From NCBI RefSeq assembly GCF_009914755.1, contig NC_060927.1: DNA of 64,000 nucleotides, one strand, 5' to 3'. Numbering within the stretch: the stretch's first letter is position 1; every line of letters starts with the position of its first letter. This document shows, in pieces, positions 41,960 to 57,018 of the stretch. The DNA is from the human T2T-CHM13v2.0 reference genome, Homo sapiens. A program made the position numbers and the translations under genes. The notes under the pieces are model-generated. The model was not told the origin of the DNA and did no database searches. It saw only the letters and a list, made by a program, of their open reading frames with translations.

Positions 41960-42415
41960 TGAGTGAAAGATGGCCTTTATGTTCCAAACTATTTTTAAAT
42001 GATGCTTGTATAAAACAGCCTTGGAAGATGGGGTTAGCATCCTCTTATTAAGCAAAGGGTTAGGCATGCTTTCTGTTAAAAGATAATTTCTCCCTCCAGA
42101 ACAAAGGGTAGACAAGTATACTGCCCATTATAAAATCTTTCTGTTCCCTTAATTCAGGACTTCTCTTCCATAATACAACCAACTGCTTATGTGTTTGTCA
42201 TCTGGCCCTCTTTGTGTCACCATCTAGGAATCAGAGCTCAAATAACTGGTACAAGGAAACATAAGTAATCCAGCAACTGCTTTCACTATATGTATTAACA
42301 TCTTTGTTTCTGATCTAGAATTCTTGTGTTTTCTGCCAGCATCTTGAAGCTGTGGCAGACTAACTTGTTGCTTTGAAAGTAGGATAAAATATCAGATTCT
42401 TCATAGTTCTTAACA
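41960..42415 (+). mobile_element. ERVL-class solo LTR (MER54/MER74-group-like)
   Basis: TG...CA ends; 3' end 'gctgtggcagactaacttgttg...gtaggataaaatatcagattcttcatagttcttaaca'. Confidence 0.65.
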
Positions 42416-43780
42416 GGTATACTTTTGATTAGCTAAAGTCTACTTTATCTCCTTCCTATTTTAAAACCATTTTCACATGAAATTTACATTCAACATAGGG
42501 TAAAATTAAATTTATTTACTGAGAACTGAAGTCTTTATAATACTGAGATTTTATTTCAAAAGACATAGTATTACATTCTATTTGTTTTTATTGGGAGGGT
42601 ATCTTTTGTTAGCATTTAATTTTTTGATAAAGTCAATGTAAATTTAAGTCTATTTTTATATTTAAAGATTACATGTATATATTTAAACATTATATATTTA
42701 TTTAAACAACATGCAGTTGATACTGTTTTATTATTCTGTTTACTATCTGAATGCAATTTAAGTATTTTTATATTTCATGTGATTATAGACACATTTGGCC
42801 ACATATCTGCCATAAATGCTTGTTTTATATTTATCCAACTTTCTTGTTTCTCTTTCCTGCCTTATTTTCAGTATTGTGTATTTTATTTATACTTCTTTTT
42901 TTCTATATTGAAGTTTAGTTATAACTGTTATACCTAATAGTTTCTCTTGAGAATGAAAAGTTATCTTTAGGTTACCTATTTTTACCTCCAAGTACTATTA
43001 CACTATTTTACAAACACTGTAAGAAGTTTACTATAATACGTTTTCTGAGAGTCATAATTCTCCTTAAATTCTTCCTCAGCCATAACATTCTATAGCATTT
43101 CTCCTTCCTTTGAACAATGGTAGTCGTTAAAACCACCTTGGTTAATTTGGCAGATAACATAGTTTATTTAGGTTGTTGCTTACTCTCTTTACAGGTGTAT
43201 GCTCTATATTTCATCTAGATTGTGGAATCATGTAGGGTGGGGACTAGTGTTATATTTTTAGTACCTTGAATAATGTTTTGCAAATAGTAGGTTACAATGA
43301 CTTTTCTTGTTCTTATTTTCATGATATGAGGATAACTTGAAACATTTAGCAAACATTTCCAAATAGGACTCATAACTAAGCAAACTTTTTAAAGTTGGTT
43401 TACAAAATTACAATAGAGCCAAACATTTGTGAATAACTGACATGAATATTGTTAGACACTGGATTATTATAATATTTTAATTATTATAATAATATGTGTA
43501 GTATTATTTTTCCTTATTTTGCAAAAATCACATAAAGTGTTTTTATTTAAATTTTGCAGCCAAGGAAATTAAAGTAGAGGTAGGTTTTAAAATCTTTAGA
43601 TATATTGCAATTACCAGAACCACAATATATACATTCTTTCTAATGTATTACAAAAATACAATAGGAACATGAAATATGAGAGGAAGACAATAGAATTAGG
43701 AGCAAATTTAGAAATTAAAACAGTAAAATGCTTGAAAAAATGAAAACAATGGTATTAAGTAGCTGATTTAAAAAAAAATA

Positions 43781-44088
43781 GGCTGGGCATGGTGGCTCAC
43801 GCCTGTAATCCCAGTACTTTGGGAGGCCAAGGTGGGCAGATCAGAAGGTCAGGAGATCAAGACCATCCTGGCCAACATGGTGAAAACCCATCTCTACTAA
43901 AAATACAAAAATTAGCCCGGTGTGGCAGTGTATGCCTGTAGTCCCAGCTACTCAGGATGCTGAGGCAGAAGAATTGCTTGAAACTGGGAGGCAGAGGCTG
44001 CAGTGAGCTTCACACCACTGCACTCCAGTCTGAGCAACAGAGTGAGACTCTGTCTCAAACAAACAAACCTACAAACAAAACACAAAAA
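43781..44088 (+). mobile_element. AluSc-like
   Basis: 'gagatcaagaccatcctggccaacatgg'; (CAAA)-rich tail. Confidence 0.93.
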
Positions 44089-44689
44089 CATAGCACAAGT
44101 ATAATCACAAGGAAGGTAGATTTGGAGAAAATGTCCTTAGAGAATCACAGCAAGAAAATGGAATAAATGAAGAAGAGCTTAAAACACTTGGACCAAAAAA
44201 TGAGAAGGTCTAACATATGTCCAAACTCTTTACAACGGAGGCATTTTAGATAATTTTACTAGTGTGACCAATAAAATTCTCACGTAAAATATAATCCCCA
44301 ATTATCTCCAAACTGAATTAGGTTATAGAATTAAAAAAAATCCAACTCATTTTATGGAGTTTACATACACTTGATATTAAAATATAATAAAAATTGTACA
44401 TTTAAAGCAAATTTCATCAATTTATATTGATGAAAAAATAGTTGAAAATTAGGGAACCTAGATAAGCAATATATTTTTAAAAAACAATAATGCATTTTGA
44501 CAAAGTTGGGAATGAGTGTGTTCCCAGAGATAGAAGTTGGTTTAATATTAGAAAAGCATTGAATAAAGTTCACTATAGTAATATATTAAAGGCAACACTT
44601 ATATTTTCATGTCAGTGGAGATTGAGAGAACACATGATTGAATTCAATAGTCATGATAAATCCATAATTCCTAGCGAATTAAGAATAGA

Positions 44690-44985
44690 GGCCAACCATG
44701 ATGACTCACACCTGCAATCCCAGCACCTTGGTAGACCAAGGTGGAAGGATTGCTTGAGCCCAGAGTTTGAGACCAGCTTGGGCAACATAGTGAGATCCCA
44801 TCTCTATAAAAAGTTATAAAAAGTATTAGCTGGGTTTGGTGGTGCACACTTGTGGTCCAGTTATTCAAGAAGCATAGGCAGGAGGAATGCTTGAGCCTAG
44901 GAGGTTGAGGCTGCAGTGAGCCATGTATGTGCCACTGCACTCCTGCTTGGATGACAGAGTGAGAGGGTCTCACAAAAGGGAAAAA
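44690..44985 (+). mobile_element. AluJ
   Basis: 'ggattgcttgagccc', 'gggcaacatagtgaga', 'gaggctgcagtgagcc'; TSD aagaatagag/aagaataaag. Confidence 0.92.
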
Positions 44986-47900
44986 AAGAATAAAGATAAC
45001 TTTTTTGTCCACACAGAATTACAGTAGCTAAACCGCAGCAACAACTTCAGCAATAGCAAGTATTATACTTAATGGTGAATATCAGCAGTGTTCCCTCTTG
45101 AAGAACAAGGCAATGCCATAAAGGGAATGCAAAGGGAAACTATGACAGAAGTAGTACTGCAAATCATTGAGTAGAGATTTTAACCTCATAATGAATAATG
45201 AAAAAATACTGAACTCAGACCCTTTTCTCACCTCATATACACACATCAATTTATAATCAATGAAGATTTAAATGTAAGAGACAAAATTACAAATATTTTA
45301 GAATAAAACAAAGGTACTATATTTACGACTGTAGGGTTGGAAAATATATTTTTAAGTGCAATGCAAATTTGCTAATAATAAAAAAGACACTAAGAACCAT
45401 TAAGAAATTCTATTCTACAGCAGGTTAGTTAAGAGAGTAAAAAGACAGTTTAAAATTCAGAGAATATAGTTGCACATATAAAACCAAATTATTGTAATTC
45501 AATATGGCAGTTCTTATTGGATTTATATAATGTTCATGCAACAGGCCTAATATTCAGCCAGTAGGCTACTAAATATATAGTCTCATCTATTGTGTATTTC
45601 AATCATCAGTTTGACTGTTTGGTGCTCATGACACAAATTGTTAAGTATATGGAATATTATCTCCGATATGTAACAAAATGAATAGACCTTTAGAATATAA
45701 CATTGTATTATAAAATCTAAGAAGCAGAAAACAACCTAGAGGGACAATACCACAATTAATGTACATTGGACCCACACATCAATGCCAGCCTACTTAGGTC
45801 ACAATAATATATGTGTATTCTAATTGACATATATTTATCAAATTAAAGTTGATTCATATAGGAATGAAGGGAATGAGAACATACATTGGAGATGAAAAAA
45901 ATCCAAAGTAGAACTAAGATGTTTCCTAGTACAGAACAATGAAACTTGTCATGTATGAACTGCAGAGTACAATGAACTCGTCTGTCTATATTTGAGTTTT
46001 TATATGTGTATGCGTGTGTGTGTGTGATGCATACAGACTGTTTCTTTCATCAGAAATTTGATGTACAACATTATCAAGCCAGAAAGAAAAATAATTTTTA
46101 GGCATGAAAATGTTAATAACAGAAAAATTTCCAAAAGGACAAGTTCTACCCACTATTTATAAGATGATCTCTTTTCCCATCACATTTAAAACATAAAACC
46201 ACATTATGCAGTACAGCTAAAGAGTTTCCTCACTTTTAACTGAATTAGTGGATATTTACACAGTACCTAGCAGTGAAAATATACCAACCATTCATTTTGT
46301 TACCACAGTTTGTCCGCGATCTTGTTTTTCAGTAGGAGCTTTTCAATCTATAATCATACATTTTGGAAGAAAATCTGATCATTTTAGCATCTAACAGTTA
46401 AGTTTGCTTGTGAATTAATAGAAAAGAAATGTGTGAAGGAATTTTTCCATAGGACAATGTTTCCAGTTGTGAATCTTTAGAGAAACATGTCACTTGCTGA
46501 GAAGCAGAGACTTTAAAAATAGAACTCATTGCTATGCATATTAGTGGACAACCTGCTGTTCCAGACATTCTAAAAGAAGTTATTCTGGCTCAAGCAGTAA
46601 ATCAAGCCTGAATGTGAGAGCGAATGTCCTCTCCCAAATCGTTATTATGCTGTAAGCATTATATAAGCTGCATTGGAACTAGGGCCTTGTACAATAAGTA
46701 CTGAGAAGCAGAGAGCATAAGTGCTGACAACCTGCCACCCTATTTAACTTTGATTACTTTGCATCTAATCAACAACATTTGTATCAGCTTGAACTATGGC
46801 CACACTTCAATCTAGTCACACGGGAGTGATTAAAATAATGAAGATGTTCAGTGATTAATCGATATGCTTTCTTCTCATGGAAGTTCCTGTGATTTTGAAA
46901 CTGGAAATCTGTTTCTACAGCTCATCTCTAGCTAAAAAAAATAAGAGTTACTATGATTTGCTACAAAATTGTTGCTTTAAAAAATTCAACAGTGACCAAA
47001 ACACTCAGCTTTCATTATACTGAAGATAATTTGTACTGAGTATTCTTTGTTTTTCTAACAATCTCATTAATCTTTATCTTATTTAATTATAGCTTTGAAT
47101 TTAGCTTAAGAATGTAAAAATTTCCAATTTTGGAGCAAAAATGGAAATTATAGGATAATTTTATGTAGACAAGTTGAAACTTACTCTGTGAATACAAAAA
47201 AATCTAAAATATCCAGTTTCTAGTACCACTGTCTTAGCAGTTATCAGAAATGTGAGTTATATATCATATGGTTCCTCTTTATTTGTGCAGACTTGACAAT
47301 ATTTAGAACTAGAATAATTAAATCAATTTTAACAGAAAAATGCAAAATTACCACTAAAATACTGTGTGTATGTAGTGCATATAAGTTTTCTTACTATTTT
47401 TATATACAGGAGCTAAGCTGTTTACATTTTCCTTTTATTGTTTCAATGTCTAATATTCCAACTAAAATGAGATAATGGTTTATATAATAATCTGTTTAAA
47501 AATATATTTTATATTAGAATTGTGCCGTCTTAAATCCATTAGTTTTAGCATTGATTCTAAATCATATTAATACACATAATCATAGTAAAAGAAATTCTAT
47601 ATATTTACTTGTTTCTCATAAATTTTAATTATGTGTTGTCAATAACTGGTATTGAGCAGTTTTAAAAGATTCAATTGTCTTCTTGGTAAAAATAAAAGCA
47701 AATCATAAAAATTTTTTTTCTTATTACAAGGTATGAGCAAAAACATGATGTCCATATCTATAACTATATCATATGTATCTATATATCATCACCAGACAAA
47801 CAAGAAAGGAGAAAATACCTCATGCCCAAACAGGGCAGCATGTTATGGGTATCCTACCCAAACGGATTTGATTCTTTTATGATTCCTTTTAGAAGATGTT

Positions 47901-48242
47901 TAATAAAATTTTACCAAAATGCCCAAGCCCCGGTTTGCCAGCAAAACAATAGCCCAACCTACTCCAATTTGTCCCCATTGACTCCTCTAATAATTCCTTG
48001 AATACTCAGCCTTAAAAAGTAGATTGTGCACTTTACCTAGCCCATCAACTATGTATCAAATAGAAGGCCTACACATCTTGATAATGAGGGAAGTCAAGTA
48101 GAATTCACCCATGTTGTACTAGTGCAACTAGAAGCTAAAAAAAAAAAAACCCATATAACCATAAGTGAGATAAAATAACCAATTAACAACAGGAAGAAAG
48201 TCCCACAAAATATATGGAATTCTAACTATGCAAACAAACTTC

Positions 48243-48310
48243 AGAAGAGAAGGAAGACTGGAGGGAGGGAAGGAAGGAAGGAAATAAGGAAGGAAGGAAG
48301 GATGGATAAT
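48243..48310. repeat. (GGAA)n purine-rich microsatellite
   Basis: gagggagggaaggaaggaaggaaataaggaaggaaggaaggatgg. Confidence 0.8.
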
Positions 48311-49380
48311 GGGAAGAAATGATAAGAATGATATTTCACCAATTTATAAATGAAATATGAAACAAAAAACAGGAGAAAATTATCATTTATCACTTTATTG
48401 AACAACTTAATATTAAAACGATTCAATAAGTATAATTCAAATATCAGATAATAAAACCACAGAATGGAGTAGCAGCTCTAAGGAAACAAAGTGAATATAC
48501 TAAGTACGCCACAGAAGAAGTAAGAACTAATGGTAGAAACAAAGGAAAAAGAGCTGAAAATCTCTGACCTAATGCAAACTCATAAAACAATAGCAGTATT
48601 AGAGGAACGAAAAGATAGAAATGAACAGTAGTAGACAGTAATCAATATAGAGTACAGACAAACGTGATGCAGCAAGAGTTGGTATAATAATAATAATTTT
48701 TATAAAACTAAGAACATAGTACTTGTCTAGATTATTCAAAGTGGATTAAACATGTATGAATTTATTTCATCCACATAAAATATCAATTATAAAATACTGA
48801 TATTTTCTTCATTTTATGATGGCAAAATTTGAGACAGAGAAAATTTAAATAATTTACTTAGAGGTATGCATATTCTGTGGCCAGAATTCAAATTCAGTCA
48901 CCCAGATTCCAGTATTGTTTTATCTACTATGCATCCACAGTTGATGGGCACAAGACTAGAAAAAAAGCAAAGAAAGTAATTTTAATTTGTGTAGAAAAAA
49001 ATTCCTGAATAGGTGAAAAAACTATGCATGTAGTATGAAAGATAATATTGCAATCAAAAAAAATAATGCAGTAAACTTACCAATGGGACACAGCTTAGTT
49101 AAGTAATTCATTTCAAGAATAAAGACTTTTAACGATGTGAGTCTGAATACATCATTCAGGTCAAACACTAGATTAGTTTTAGATTGATGCACAGTGACAC
49201 TCCATATTGAAAGACAATGCAGTTTTGCTATAAAATGTTGACAGAATATATCCGTGAAAGCAGAACTCTCTAAGCTGAAAACTGAGTCTCAGTGTTACCC
49301 ACGAACTTTTATTGGAGTAATTACTCAATGAAGTATAGTAAAAGACAGAGGACTCAACATTATTAAAATAAAAGTTGTTA
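48310..49380 (+). mobile_element. HAL1/L1 ORF1-like relic, interrupted by a MIR (~48745-48935)
   Basis: A-rich ORF1-like tract 'gaaaaaaattcctgaat', 'gaaagacaatgcagt...aaaatgttgacagaa'; MIR core 'cattttatgatggcaaaatttgagacagaga'. Confidence 0.4.
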
Positions 49381-49406
49381 TCCAAGAGTTGTTTAAGCAA
49401 AAATAA

Positions 49407-49753
<347 letters not shown>

Positions 49754-50994
49754 CCATACTTTGAAAAATAATGTATTTTCTCTATGTTTTCAGTATTGTT
49801 ACCCTATCCTCTTGTCTTATGCAAATTTGTTCTATTGAAAAACAATATGTAATAAAATTACATGTCACCACGAATTTGAATCTTTAGTATAGTACTCCTA
49901 CTTATTCAATGTACTTTGTAGCATCTTTGTGTTGTAAGTCAACCTTGCCATCTTGACTATAAACTCTTAGAGTATAGAGAAAATGCAGTATTTTATGTAC
50001 CATAATTAGAATTTTGCATAATTATACATTTAATAAACGTCTGATGAGGATATGTTTGCTCAATTTCTCTTACGCAGTTTAAAGTATTTCATTCAGGGAA
50101 TTTTTATTTTGCAAAAAAATAAGAGTGCATGATGATGAGCATGTCTCTTTTTTACATTTTAAAAATATTTATTATTACCTGAAAAAATTAAGTAAAATAG
50201 TTTTAATATTGCTTATATTTGTTTTCTACATAGTACAAACTCCATTAATCATCACATTATTGTTTCTGCTTCTGGATTTATGTAAATTTAATTTTATCGA
50301 ATAATGTGTTTTATAATACTATCCCCAAAATGCTTTTCAAAAATGGTTTCAGGTGTAGAATCTAACAATTAAACAGTGGCATAAATAATTAAATAATTTG
50401 TAGGTATAGATTGTTTCCATTCAGTCAGATATTGTGGACTTTGAGGACCTGGCTCCTATTTTCCTCTTTCCACAATTTACAATCTCATGCAATGGAATAA
50501 TACAGAAAACTAGTTAAATTCTAATTTATAACAAGATGTAAGTCAAAAGAAGTATTAGTATAGCATTAGACAATATTTTAAGATAGAGAAGTTCAAGTAA
50601 AGAGATGAGTGATCAGTACCTTCCTATCAGAGACTGAGCCTTGAAAATGTGGCAGGATTTAAAGGTTTTGTGTAGTAATTTGTATTCCAGGAGAAGCAAT
50701 GTGAGCAAAAGAAGAGAGGGAGAAATTTAATCATAAGTCTACTTGGATATGGGGGATAAAGGAAGGAGAAACAAATGACTAAAGATGGTGATCAGATATT
50801 GCAAGCCCTTGAAAATCAAGTGTGGTGTTGACAACACAGAAAGACTTGGAAACACGGCAACAGCAAGGTGTGAGGGATTTTATCAATAACTGGGCATTTG
50901 GAGTGTAGATATAACTTTGCTACAATCATACTAGCATGCAATCATTATTAGGAATAAAATATTAAACATTTTTGAGAATTACATTTCAATGAAT

Positions 50995-51304
50995 ATTTAT
51001 TTATTTATTTCTTTATTTAGAATTGGAGTCTCACACTGTGGCCTGGGCCGGAGTGCGGTGGCACAATTTCGGCCCATTGCAACCTCTGCCTCCTGTGTTC
51101 AAGCGATTCTCCTTCCTCAGCCTCCTGAGTAGCTGGGATTACAGGCGGCTACAACCATGCCAGGCTAATTTTTTGTATTTTTAGTAGAGATAGGGTTTCA
51201 CTATGTTGGCCAGGCTGGTCTCAAATGTTTGCCTGACTTCGTGATCCACCCGCCTCAGCCTCCCAAAGTGCTGGGATTACAGGTGTGAGCCACCAAGCCT
51301 GGCC
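50995..51304 (-). mobile_element. AluS
   Basis: (TTTA)n tail and full Alu body ending 'gccaccaagcctggcc'. Confidence 0.93.
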
Positions 51305-53199
51305 TTAATGTACTGTTTATTTAATCTGATCTAATACCTTTAATTCAGATCTGAAGTCTTTTAAATATGAGTATGACTTGTCTATTGCTCTCCAATAGAG
51401 GTCATTAGAAAGCTACATAGCTTATATGTAGATCACTTAAGAGTAATGCATTACAATAAACAACCATTACAAATAAAACCACTTTTATAATTTAGCTTTT
51501 AAACCTGCCAACAAAGATAATCATAATAAAGGACATAAAAATAACTGAATACAACATTTTAAAATTCACCCAATAGTAGTTATGACGCAAGAATTGTTGC
51601 AGTCATAAATGAATTAATTCTGCTTAGAAAAGGAAAACCAAGGAGTGAAATTATACAGACAAGCATTTGCTATGTGTCAGCTGCTTGTATATCATCTTAT
51701 ATGATACGCATAGCACCTTATTGTACATATTTTAAGTGTAATAAATAGAAACTTTGAAAGATGCAGTAACTTGCTCAAGGTCACCGTTTATAAAACTGAC
51801 AAAACTCTCTGGAGCTCATTAAACTAAACCTCATCTAACCCAAATGTCTACATACATATGCAATCTTGTTATTCATAGGTACTTCTGATGATTAGAAATG
51901 TGAAGTCATAGCATCATCTCACCTGGAGGCAGAGGCATCGATCATATGACTCACTCTACACAACTCTACAGAAATATAATTTTCTGAATGGATTAAAAAA
52001 ATAAAGTTTTCATCTTTATTTATGTTAGCAAAAGCTGTTGCAACTTTTTGAAATCCTCAAAACGTCAGGATAAAAATTTGAAAGAGGAGCTTGAAGGAAC
52101 TTCCTTAAACATATTTTGAAATCAAACTCATCTTTTTAGCAGCCTGTAACCCTTTTGCAATATCCTTGTAGTATTCAGCAGAACAGTCTCCCAGCAAGGC
52201 CATTGTTCCGAGGCTCTAAATCAGGGTATGTTACCTAGTAAATTACACACTTCTATATTCTACCACACAGGACTGAAATGGAGATCAAAAGAGATATTTT
52301 TGTGGGAATTCATGATAAAGAGTCAGATGTCAAGAAAAAAATTATTATGTAAATATTTTGTTAGATTTTAGTCCCTGGGCCAAATGCTATTATTTTTACT
52401 CTGTGGAAATATATTAAAAGTATTGGAATACTCTTTTTGGAATTCTCTGGTTATTATGTTTCACCTGAATTAACAGATTGAGACAAAGCCGACCAAGGCT
52501 GTGGCCTCATTGTACCAACACATACAAATAAACTCAAACCACATTAAATAACTTTCATTTTTTGTATTTAAGTTATAGGGTTTTCTATGGCGTGTGTGAG
52601 AATAGGAATGAAGATAAAGATTCAATTGTACAATATAACAAATTGTTTATTAAATTGTATAATATAGCTTAAAACATTCAGTTTGGGAACCTTGCAAATA
52701 TTATTTTGATTATCACATTGTTTTAAATCAGGAATCAAATCCTACTTCTAATTTCTTTTCTAAAAAATAGAATTTTGCAAATTAATAAATGAAACCTAAT
52801 ATTTTTGTATGTTTTTTTAAAATAAAGGCAGGATGTAAAATAATTTCTTCAGAGTTTTACTTTAAACAGAACTTCTTTTCAGAATTTCAAGTCCTAGGCC
52901 TTTTCTTCATCCAGAGACAGAGGAAATGCCTGGGAATCCACAAAGGCCAAACAGACTCAGCTTAGATGAGTATGTTGGACAAAACTAAATAGATCATTGT
53001 AAATTGTTATAAATTTAAATTTACATTTTAATGGATTAGAAAAGTATTGCATTAAAGAAAAATAAGTTTTGTTTATAAGGTAAGTTTTCCACAGAAGTTT
53101 GTGATTATTATGGGGAAGAGAACAAACAGAGATACAGATACTAAGAGAGAATACATGTATAAAGACTCTAGTGATGATTCTGAATGATAATTATTAATT

Positions 53200-53830
53200 G
53201 TGTGTTGACAAGTAAAATATAAGAATAAAGAAAACTCATTGATAATCAACATAGTATGCTAACGTAGAAAATACATGTTGCAGTGATCATATTTTATCTA
53301 TTTAAAATTGTTGGTCTACAATACTTATTACACTAAATCTAGAAGCTTGTTAAATTTTTTGCTTACGTCAGGAAAAGCAAAATGATAATGAATAGAAACT
53401 TAACATTATCCAAGAAATTATTAAAAAATATATAACTCATAGTCATTCACCTACCTAATAATGACATAACTTTTACTTTTGAGTCACCATTTGGCAGATA
53501 CAGATATATTCACATGAAAATATATTTTATCTCTATAAATATAAAAATGGAATTGAACAGATATTCTTTTATACAGGAATGTTCATTATACTTAATGCAA
53601 CTAAAAGGTAATTTATATTGATGTGGTAGATTGATAGGAAGAGAAATAAGCCTAATATTAAAAGAAATTAACATGGAAAAATGTAGAAATAAAGTTTCAA
53701 ATGAGGATATTACAAAATCAGATATTAAGGTCTAAAAGGCTAATTTAAAATGAAGGGGGATTTGAATCACCAAAATAACAAACAGAAAATACTTCTGGAA
53801 TATAAAAATAAGACTTCCATAATTCACAAT
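53200..53830 (+). mobile_element. Old L1ME endonuclease-region relic
   Basis: 'tgataggaagagaaataagcc', 'agaaaatacttctggaatat'; strong A bias. Confidence 0.35.
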
Positions 53831-54089
53831 TAAAATATCAAGGCAAATTTGGAGACATTCTCTATGTAACAACACTGTAATACAATAAATATTTTATATT
53901 TCGATAACAAAAATAAATATACCATCACAACTGACCATAACCAAGCATAGCCTAGCAAATAAGCATATTATTATCATAGTGACTATAAAGCACATATGCA
54001 AATAGGAGTTACTGGAAAAAAGGAACAGACATCAAAATTCCTGTCACTGGCTTTCATAAGGAAAGATAGTTATTGACAATTAAGCATAG

Positions 54090-54547
54090 TGTATCCGTTA
54101 GGATTAAATTTGGCTACATAAAACCCAAACTCCCAAAATAAAAATCGTCTAAAAGCAGAAATATATTTCTTTCATACAAAAGGTACCTAAAATTAAGCAG
54201 TCTAAGCATAATACAGTGGTTCTGTGGTCAACAGGAACCCAGTCTTTGATTTTTTAATTTATCATTCTCAGAAGGAAGCATCTGTTCCCAAGGTCACCTT
54301 GTAATCCAAGGCTCATATATAGTTAGAGTCATCATAGCCACCATTCAGGCACAGGGAAAAAATGGGGAAAAAAGAAAGGATTGCAAATTTTTTTTAATGA
54401 GCTTTCCCTGTTGTTCAACTAACATTTGAAGTTATTTCTCATTGATACAAATGTAATCACAAGGCTACACTGAATAGAAGAGATAAAACTAAAACCTAGA
54501 CAGGAAAGAATACTGAATATTGGGAGACAACAAGAGTTTCTATCACA
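54090..54547 (-). mobile_element. Old MaLR LTR (MLT1J/K-like)
   Basis: 'tgtatccgttaggattaaatttggctaca', 'caggaacccag', 'gaatattgggagacaac'. Confidence 0.55.
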
Positions 54548-55436
54548 TTTAAGTCAATAAATAGTAGATAGAAATTAAAGCATCTTCTAATATAATTTTG
54601 ATTTTGCAGTTTAACTTTGAAATCATTGTAGGACTAGAGGCAGAGTTAAACAAATATTCAAAGACGAGAAAGGAAAGCCAAAAACAAAAACAAAATATTG
54701 GGAAGGTATTTTAAAGAAATTTCAAGTGGAGTAGAAAATAGATCTATTTTCAAAGTAATTACAGAAAGTGTAGAAAGTAAGTGAAACAAGGTTTCTATTA
54801 ATTACAGAAAAGAGATATATACTATCATTAAAATTGTATTAGTATTATTCTCAAAATAATTCAATTACTTTTCAATCATTAGAAATATATTTCTATCACA
54901 CTACTAAAATTATAGTACAGTAAATAAAAAATCTTATAAACTTCAGTGATTTAAAGAACAGGAGTAAAGATACTATTGGAAGAGAGAAGTCTATGAGTTT
55001 TGGAAGACAAACAGCAGTTGAAGTAATCATCTCAATCTCAGGTAAAGGAGGTAAAAACCTAACTTCTAGCAGGTAAGACTGACCAAAACAAGGGGATATG
55101 CTTTGCAAAACACTGAAGTGGGTTATAAAATTACAGGGCCAAGAAGAGTTTGGTTATAGGCAAGCCATTAAATTGGAACCATTCATGCTATAAATCCACC
55201 ACAAGGAGCAAAATATAACTTAGCTAGCTTTGCTAGTATAATCTCCTGCTTATGGTGATATGTCAATATGTTATGAAGCTTTTCATTTCCACTATTAATA
55301 ACCTAGCAATGTAAAGATTTACAGGTTTTAATAATTCAGTTTCATTGGAACTATCCTCAACGCTGGAGCTTTGCACTCTGCTTACAGAAGATAACTTATA
55401 AATGTTTCCTAAAGCATTCTTCACATTATTGTCTCA

Positions 55437-55520
55437 TATGTGTCTATGTATATATGTTTGTGTGTGTGCTTGTTTCTGCCTGTGTGTGGGTATATGTGTA
55501 TATGTGTGTGTGTGTGTATA
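55437..55520. repeat. Imperfect (TG)n/(TATG)n microsatellite
   Basis: Explains the low-complexity ORFs starting at 55402 and 55454. Confidence 0.8.
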
Positions 55521-55611
55521 CACACCAACATATTACAAATATATTAAGGATACTATTACAGTACACACATATTTGTATACATGTATGTTCATACTCAAAT
55601 ATTAGATGTAT

Positions 55612-55893
<282 letters not shown>

Positions 55894-55960
55894 AAGAAAG
55901 AAAGAAAGAGAGAGAGAGAAAGAAAGAGAGAGAGAGAGAAAGAGAGAAAGAAAGAAAGGA

Positions 55961-56024
<64 letters not shown>

Positions 56025-56111
56025 AAAGAAAAAAGAAAGGGAGGGAGGGAGGGAGGGACGGTAGGAAGGAATGAAGGAAGGAAGGAAGGAAGGAAGGAAG
56101 GAAGGAAGGAA
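55894..56111. repeat. Compound purine STR (GA)n-(GAAA)~17-(GGGA)n-(GGAA)n grown from the Alu tail
   Basis: Directly visible; perfect GAAA run at 55959-56026. Confidence 0.97.
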
Positions 56112-57018
56112 ATGCATTTATAGACATACTTACGTTATGCATGTTACTTACATGCATACTTCGAAGAATTACTTCAAAAATACTTTTACCTGGAATTCAG
56201 ACTACTTTTTCTACAAACAACCATAGTTGTTAGTCTTATTTGTAGTATAGACAAATTTTGTTCAAGCTTCCTTTTTATGATGTATCTGAAATAATAAATT
56301 GTTTTAATGTCTTCTTTGAATATAAAAAATAGTAGTTCCAAAATTTATTATGTGTCATTTAGTTTGTGTTTGACTGAAAGATGAAAGTAGCTGTTATGTT
56401 TCTACTTATGGATAATAATTCTGTTACATTGTACTACAGATATTAAATTAATTTCTGACCACATGATGGAAGAGTCCAAATAAAATAAGCTATATAATTA
56501 TTTAAATCACATATAGCCTTCACTGTATTTGTTTTCACTATAGGTACATTAAATTCCATTTTTATTTATTGTTTTTTTATTCTACATGTATTTCTAAATA
56601 TCATTAGTTGTGGGCAATATAAAATTTTTTTGTTAAGAACATTTGAAGTCATAATTAAGTCACTCTATTGCCAAAGTAAAGAGAGGCTTCTGGTTATTTC
56701 TGCATTCCAAATTTCTCATGTTTAAAAATACAGAAGGACATTCTTAATAATGTTAATAATGTCACTAAGTTCTTAGGGAACGATAGAATGAAATTTACAG
56801 AGAAGTGTTTCATAACATTTTGTGAAGAAAATACTTTGTACCTAGGATTTATGATTTGGGAAAAAACTCAAAAATTTGTCTTTTACAAATGTTGGTGTTT
56901 GGTAGTCATCAGTAATTATCTTGACAGGGTATATGTTTATATTTTTAGCCTCTATATAGTCAAAAGTACAAGAAGCTTTCTCAAAACATTCTTATAAATT
57001 CTATGGTTTTGAATTTGG

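Larger units (their letters stand above)
43300..45490 (+). mobile_element. Old L1M ORF2/ORF1 fragments hosting two Alus
   Basis: 'ttcccagagatagaagttggtttaatattagaaaa', 'tatacttaatggtgaa', 'tcacctcatatacacacatcaatt'. Confidence 0.6.
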
